A stretch of 11,094 nucleotides of DNA from Phormidesmis sp. (GTDB lineage Bacteria > Cyanobacteriota > Cyanobacteriia > Phormidesmidales > Phormidesmidaceae): positions 1-11,094 of the forward strand of contig JBHJIY010000237.1 of NCBI GenBank assembly GCA_050042985.1. Reading direction: 5' to 3'. Every line of letters starts with the position of its first letter. Position 1 is the stretch's first letter. Below are positions 6,990-11,094 of the stretch, in pieces. Both the position numbers and the translations under genes were made by a program. The notes beneath the pieces were generated by a model. That model was not told the origin of the DNA. It saw nothing but the letters and a program-made list of their open reading frames with translations, and did no database searches.

Positions 6990-8279
6990 CTAGCTGTCAG
7001 AGACTGAGCCTTCTGGCAGTGCAGTGGTGCCGTTGCCATTTGCGGTACTGTTCAAACCGCCGCTCAATCCATTGAGCGCACTTGCTAAATCTACGCCCGA
7101 AGCCTGCTTTAGCTGTGTCATAAAGGCGGTGGCTTGCGTGGCTAAGTTGCCAGATTGCGTATCCACTACAGTCACATTCTGTACGGCCACATCAGGTACT
7201 GTAGCGGTCAATGTTTTTAATAGTACTTCCAGTTTTTGTAGCAGGAAAATGTCGCGAGCGCTGTCTCCTGCTGAGACCCAAGATTCGGCCAAGCTACGGG
7301 TACCTTCGGCTTGTGCTTTACCTTCTTCAATGATGGTGGAAGCGCTACCTTTTGCCTGTGCGATCGCTCTCTTACACTCCGCCTCAGCTGGCGCAATCAC
7401 ATCCGCTTTCAGCTGCTCCATAATTTGCTTAATCCGCTCCTCCTGCACAGGCACATCTGCTTGGATTCGAGCCAGGGAAGCTGCAATTTCAGCCTCTGCT
7501 TCTGCTACGACTGCTGCGCGCATGGTCAAAGCGTCCTGTGTTCTTTGCTCTGCGGCTGCTTGAGAAATGCCGATATCTCGTTCTAGGCGACGCACAGCAG
7601 TGATTTTTTCGTTTTCAGCGGTTTGCACAGCGGATTCGGCCTTCGCCTCTGCTTCTGCAATTCGCGCATCTCGCTGTAAATCGGCCTGCTGCTTGCGACC
7701 AATTGAGTCGAGGTAAAGTACATCGTCTGAGATGTTTTGAATTTGCAGCGTATCCAGCACTAAACCCAGCTTTTCCAAATCCTCTTCGGCTTCATCTAGC
7801 AAGCTTTTAGCAAATGCTGTTTTATCTTCGTTGACTTGCTCTGGTGTCAGGCTAGCGAGCACACCACGCAAATTACCTTCTAGAGTTTCCTTTGCGATTG
7901 TCTCAATTTCTTTACGAGGTTTCCCTAGCAAACGTTCAATCGCGTTGTGAATGGTAGGTTCCTCACCTGCGATTTTGATGTTAGCCACGCCATCTACATG
8001 TAGCGGGATGCCACCTTTTGAGTACGCGTTCGATACTCTCAGCTCGATGATCATGTTCGTAAGATTCATTTTCATCACTTTTTCGAGCAGTGGCGTACGT
8101 AGGCTGCTACCGCCTTTCACTAGCCGATAGCCCACGTTGCGACCTTCAGTCTTGCGGGTGCTACCGGCAAAGATAAGCACTTCGTTAGGCTGACAAATGT
8201 AGTAAAGGTTTTTGACAATGAGGGCAATTAGGCCACTAGCGCCACCACCTAAAACCAAAAACGCGAGCAAAAAAGGCAT
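6990..8279 (-). CDS. Flotillin-like SPFH/band-7 membrane protein (YqiK/FloT type), paralog 1
   Basis: 429 aa. N-terminal TM segment (FLLAFLVLGGGASGLIALIV) followed by an SPFH core (NEVLIFAG...TLEGNLRGVLASLTPEQVNEDK...LDTLQIQNISDDVLYLDSIGRKQ). A long Ala/Glu-rich coiled-coil region (EAEAEIAASLARIQ) follows, then the flotillin C-terminal block (DIFLLQKLEVL). GGAGA lies about 13 nt upstream of the ATG. Confidence 0.88.
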   Translation of the reverse strand: MPFLLAFLVLGGGASGLIALIVKNLYYICQPNEVLIFAGSTRKTEGRNVGYRLVKGGSSLRTPLLEKVMKMNLTNMIIELRVSNAYSKGGIPLHVDGVANIKIAGEEPTIHNAIERLLGKPRKEIETIAKETLEGNLRGVLASLTPEQVNEDKTAFAKSLLDEAEEDLEKLGLVLDTLQIQNISDDVLYLDSIGRKQQADLQRDARIAEAEAKAESAVQTAENEKITAVRRLERDIGISQAAAEQRTQDALTMRAAVVAEAEAEIAASLARIQADVPVQEERIKQIMEQLKADVIAPAEAECKRAIAQAKGSASTIIEEGKAQAEGTRSLAESWVSAGDSARDIFLLQKLEVLLKTLTATVPDVAVQNVTVVDTQSGNLATQATAFMTQLKQASGVDLASALNGLSGGLNSTANGNGTTALPEGSVSDS

Positions 8280-8349
8280 GATTCAAATTCTCCAGATATT
8301 CTCTATGACTTGAGATAAATTGCTTAAAACTAAGGGATTTATGGGTGTC

Positions 8350-8886
8350 TTAGGCTGGTGTTCCAGAAGCTGCGATCGCCGCAGTGCTAGAACCATTCAG
8401 CTTATTCATAGCAGCAGTTTTGGCGCTTAGTGTGCCAACCACATCGATCCCAAGCGTGGCTTCTACCTGAGTCAAAAACTGCTTGACGATTTCGGGATAC
8501 ACGTTGGCTAGGCTTGCGATCGCTTTTCCATCTCCGTTATCAATCACATTCACATTCCCAAGCTGCACACGGTGAGGAATCGCCGCCGCTTCCTGCAAAA
8601 TCATTTCAACCTGCTGTAGCAAAAAGATTTGACTGGCGTCTGCGCCTGTCTCTTTCCAGACCTGCGCCAGCATTTCGTTCACTTGCGCTGCTGCTTTGGC
8701 ATTCTCAGCCGTGCCAGCCGCTGCCCCTTTCGCATGCAGTGCTTGTGCTTCTCGGCGAGCCTCGGCGGGTAGTACTTCGTCGGCTTGCAGTCGCAAACGC
8801 TCTAGCTTAGCCCTTGTTGCTTGTAGCTGCTGCTCAGCTCTCGCTCTGGCCTCTTTCGCCGCTGCCGATGTGCGCTCTTCCTCAGA
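8350..8886 (-). pseudogene. C-terminal remainder of flotillin paralog 2, in the same reading frame directly downstream of the in-frame TAA
   Basis: 8887 minus 8350 is 537 nt (179 codons), so this ORF is in the same frame as 8887-9783. Translation continues ...DQRS*SEEERTSAAAKEARARAEQQLQATRAKLERLRLQADEVL...QIFLLQQVEMILQEAAAIPHRVQLGNVNVIDNG. This is colinear with the paralog-1 C-terminus (DIFLLQKLEVLLKTLTATVPDVAVQNVTVVDTQ). The track ORF 8350-8796 begins at an internal TTG. Confidence 0.6.
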
Positions 8887-9783
8887 TTATGATCGTTGAT
8901 CCAGCGCAGCTTTATTCTTGCTTAGTTCGTTGGTCTTTTCTTGAATAATCGTCAGCGCCTGAGACTTGAACATTTCAGCGCGCTTTTGACAGTCGGCTTC
9001 TATTCGCTCAGCTTCACCAATGGCGACCGCTTCGGCAATTTCAGCATCGCGGACAATTTTGGCAATCTGCCGACGGCCAATGGAGCTAAGGTAGTCCACA
9101 TCGTCTGTGACGCTCTGCACTTTCAGTGTATCGAGCTGAAGGCCTAGTTTGTTCAAGTCACGGGCTACATCTTCTGCGATGCGCTCGGCAAAGTTGAGTC
9201 GATCTTCATTGACTTGTTCGGGTGTGAGGTTGGCGACGACTCCACGCAAGTTCCCTTCTAGTGTTTCGCGTACCACCCGCTTAATTTCGGATCGATTGCG
9301 ACCCAAGAATCTTTCGATGGCGTTGCCGACAATTCCTTTGTTGCTAGAGACTTTTACGTTTGCGATCGCCTGAATATTCAGCGGCGTTCCTCCTTTCGCG
9401 TAGGAATTACTCACCTCTACCGGAATCGGCATGGTGGTCATGTCCATCTTTTCCACCCGCTCAATCACAGGTGTTACAAAAGCCCTACCGCCAAATACAA
9501 CTCGGTACCCTACCTCTTTGCCGTTTGGTTGCTTGTACTGTCGTCCCGAAATGATCAAAATCTCATTGGGTTTGCAAATCCGTAAGCAGGCTTTGAGCAG
9601 AGCAATGATACTGGCTAAAACAATCAGCGTTACACCAATAGCACCCACGCTAAAAACGCCGACAGCGGCAGGTGGTGGTGCTGTTGTTTGGCCAATAGGT
9701 CCGCTCGCTTGTGCCAGCACAATAGACTGCTCAGCGGGTAACTGCTCCGCAAAATTCTCTGACTCAGCAGAATGTTTACTCAT
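8887..9783 (-). CDS. Flotillin-like SPFH/band-7 protein, paralog 2, N-terminal 298 codons ending at an in-frame TAA
   Basis: AAGGAG lies 8 nt upstream of the ATG at 9781-9783. The 45-aa N-terminal extension is followed by a TM segment (VGVFSVGAIGVTLIVLASIIALL) and an SPFH core colinear with paralog 1 (NEILIISG...TLEGNLRGVVANLTPEQVNEDR...LDTLKVQSVTDDVDYLSSIGRRQ). The ORF is closed by TAA (complement of 8887-8889) in the middle of the Glu/Ala-rich coiled-coil region. Confidence 0.75.
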   Translation of the reverse strand: MSKHSAESENFAEQLPAEQSIVLAQASGPIGQTTAPPPAAVGVFSVGAIGVTLIVLASIIALLKACLRICKPNEILIISGRQYKQPNGKEVGYRVVFGGRAFVTPVIERVEKMDMTTMPIPVEVSNSYAKGGTPLNIQAIANVKVSSNKGIVGNAIERFLGRNRSEIKRVVRETLEGNLRGVVANLTPEQVNEDRLNFAERIAEDVARDLNKLGLQLDTLKVQSVTDDVDYLSSIGRRQIAKIVRDAEIAEAVAIGEAERIEADCQKRAEMFKSQALTIIQEKTNELSKNKAALDQRS

Positions 9784-9842
9784 TGTTTTGTGGCTCCTTA
9801 AAAAACGTGGTCATTGTGTTCAACAGTTAACTTTTAGTTTCG

Positions 9843-10538
9843 CTATGTCTCAGCTTCGTTAAGCGCGTGTTTGTCGGAAACGACCCAGAGTCGATTTTGG
9901 CTGCGTCCTACAACGAGAATGCGATCGCCTGTCTGAAAGCTCGTTGTCTCATCTGTGCAGGCAATCAAATGCAGCGTACTGCCGCCCACTTCCAAGAAAA
10001 CTTTGCCCTTACTGTTTTGGTCAAAAGGCAGTTCTACCGTGCCAGATAATCCCGAAAAGTCTTCATTGCGAACCAGGCTATCGACTTTACGGTGTTTGAG
10101 ATAGCGCAGGATGCTGACGAGTGTGCCGCCGCAGATAATGCCCATCGTCAGTGCGATCGCAAAAATCACCAGCCAACCTAGTTCAGGCCCTATCACGCCC
10201 ATCACTAGACCTGTCAGGCCAAAAAAGAACCCACCAAACGTCCAAAACTTAAAGCTTGTCAGAATCGACAGCCAACTAGGAATCCGCTTTCGCTTGCGAG
10301 CCGAAGACCTCAGCAGTTCTACATCTGTATCGATCTGAACATCGCCATCAAAGTCAGCGTCTAGGTCTGCATCAAAGTCAGCATCTAGATCCGCATCGAC
10401 GTCAAAATCTGCATCCGCGTCTATATCAAAATCCGCATCTGCATCGACATCCATCCCATCAAGCAGGTCCCCCCCAACGAGGGATAGGGCGACAAAGGCA
10501 CCGCCAATCGTCAAACAAAACCAATAAACTGACTGCAC
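9843..10538 (-). CDS. NfeD-like (YuaF-type, short form) membrane protein with C-terminal OB-fold; partner of SPFH/flotillin proteins
   Basis: 231 aa. TM1 (VYWFCLTIGGAFVALSLVGG) is followed by an acidic repeat loop, a basic patch RKRKR, two further TM helices and a C-terminal beta-rich block (GKVFLEVGGSTLHLIACTDE...FQTGDRILVVGRSQNRLWVV). That block is typical of the NfeD C-terminal OB-fold domain. It is the first gene of the flotillin operon, as in yuaF-floT arrangements. Confidence 0.78.
   Translation of the reverse strand: MQSVYWFCLTIGGAFVALSLVGGDLLDGMDVDADADFDIDADADFDVDADLDADFDADLDADFDGDVQIDTDVELLRSSARKRKRIPSWLSILTSFKFWTFGGFFFGLTGLVMGVIGPELGWLVIFAIALTMGIICGGTLVSILRYLKHRKVDSLVRNEDFSGLSGTVELPFDQNSKGKVFLEVGGSTLHLIACTDETTSFQTGDRILVVGRSQNRLWVVSDKHALNEAET
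10343..10462. repeat. Tandem 24-nt repeat (about 5 units) inside nfeD, encoding an Asp-rich 8-aa repeat (DADADFDI/DADADFDV/DADLDADF/DADLDADF)
   Basis: Units: cgccatcaaagtcagcgtctaggt, ctgcatcaaagtcagcatctagat, ccgcatcgacgtcaaaatctgcat, ccgcgtctatatcaaaatccgcat, ctgcatcgacatccatcccatcaa. Translated on the minus strand they give DVDADADFDIDADADFDVDADLDADFDADLDADFDGD. Confidence 0.7.
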
Positions 10539-10698
10539 AATGGTTGCTCTAGAAATAAACGATAAAACGTGAGTCTATCCGCTCAGATACATCAAGGACT
10601 CTTGCTATATCGTGTATGTAGATACCCAAAATCATGCGTTCATTCCCGAAAATCTTCACATCACTTCCACCCATCAGAGCCCCCCAATGTCTCAGCGA

Positions 10699-10734
10699 CA
10701 AAAAAAGGGAACACCCTTTTGAAAGAGCATTCCC
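10699..10734 (-). terminator. Candidate intrinsic terminator (minus-strand orientation) downstream of the partial ORF 10774-11094 and upstream of the nfeD promoter region
   Basis: Minus-strand reading gives GGGAA, an 18-nt loop, then TTCCC followed by TTTTTTTG. The alternative inner hairpin is AAAAGGG-TGTT-CCCTTTT followed by TTTG. Both stems are AT-rich, which is marginal, but a 7-T run follows. Confidence 0.4.
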
Positions 10735-10773
10735 TACATAGCTAATCAAATTAAGTTGTTAGTCCGATTCGAC

Positions 10774-11094
10774 CTAACTAGGCTTCTTTTCAGGCATCAA
10801 GCACTTATCCGAATCACAACCCGCAGGCCCAGCTTCCACTAGCTCACCCGCATCGTGCTTCTCAAGCGCCGCATGAAAATTCTCAGTCTTTCGGCGAGAC
10901 TGCACCGCTTTTAGCTCAGCCTCATACGCCTCCTTACTCACCGGCTCAAACGGTAACCGAGGAAACATCTGCAAATCATCGAACCGAGCCAGCAACGCTG
11001 CCGACACATAGCCCTCATCATTCTGAATCGCTTCAGTAATGCGCCGCGCCAACGGCTCAATCTCATTCTCCCGCAGCTCAATTGTTGCCGACGT
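10774..11094 (-). CDS. Hypothetical protein, C-terminal 106 codons; ORF open to the window edge
   Basis: The minus-strand frame is open from 11094 (TSATIELRENEIEPLARRITEAIQNDEGYVSAALLARFDDLQMF...AGPAGCDSDKCLMPEKKPS*). The track shows only the part from an internal TTG at 11052. I recognise no family and I am not assigning a function to the C-terminal CxxxxC. Confidence 0.55.
   Translation of the reverse strand, partial: TSATIELRENEIEPLARRITEAIQNDEGYVSAALLARFDDLQMFPRLPFEPVSKEAYEAELKAVQSRRKTENFHAALEKHDAGELVEAGPAGCDSDKCLMPEKKPS

Noticed and set aside
7024-7586. Plus-strand ORFs 7024-7563 and 7311-7586 antisense to flotillin paralog 1
   Set aside because: Ala/Ser/Cys-rich antisense translation of the GCN-rich Ala/Glu coiled-coil coding region. 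Classic shadow ORFs.
8514-9862. Plus-strand ORFs 8514-8810, 8696-8899, 8941-9147, 9149-9373, 9360-9554 and 9431-9862, antisense to flotillin paralog 2
   Set aside because: All are antisense to a clearly homologous SPFH gene, and none has a recognisable domain.
9867-10338. Plus-strand ORFs 9867-10049 and 10111-10338 antisense to nfeD
   Set aside because: Antisense to a membrane-protein gene whose TM, repeat and OB-fold organisation is coherent on the minus strand.
10549-10749. 66-aa minus-strand ORF in the spacer upstream of nfeD
   Set aside because: It overlaps the putative terminator hairpin and the probable nfeD promoter and has no recognisable family or ribosome-binding site. It cannot be fully excluded as a small protein, but there is no supporting evidence.
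10740-10775. tRNA-like T-arm resemblance (GGTCGAATCGGAC on the minus strand)
   Set aside because: No acceptor, D or anticodon stems of proper geometry could be built around it. It is only a partial match to the GGTTCGAATCC consensus.
1-11094. CRISPR arrays, IS elements, integrases or transposases
   Set aside because: No regularly spaced direct repeats, no terminal inverted repeats and no recombinase-like ORF on either strand.

Overview
This 11.1-kb window looks like cyanobacterial chromosome. The octamer GCGATCGC (HIP1) occurs 16 times, and an xisH/xisI pair is present. Most of the window is housekeeping. On the minus strand at the 5' end is a partial moaA (radical-SAM CNFQCVYC motif). Divergent from it on the plus strand are cbiD, guaA and a small phasin-like protein. 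A long co-directional minus-strand array then runs from the 3' window edge down to 4389. Its order in the direction of transcription is a partial hypothetical ORF, an NfeD-like membrane protein (with an Asp-rich 8-aa tandem repeat), two tandem flotillin (SPFH/band-7) paralogs, a SirB1-like transglutaminase/TPR protein, hisA, xisH and xisI. The second flotillin paralog is interrupted by a single in-frame TAA. The most system-like element is the orphan xisH-xisI pair at 4389-5167. It is AT-rich and HIP1-free, possibly bounded by an imperfect ~17-bp direct repeat, and lies between hisA and the phasin-like gene. It is a candidate horizontally acquired two-gene nuclease-like module of unknown function, possibly selfish, toxin-antitoxin-like or defensive. 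The NfeD-flotillin-flotillin operon with a premature stop and an acidic repeat loop is the second region worth a closer look. I found no rRNA, tRNA, CRISPR array, transposase or integrase.
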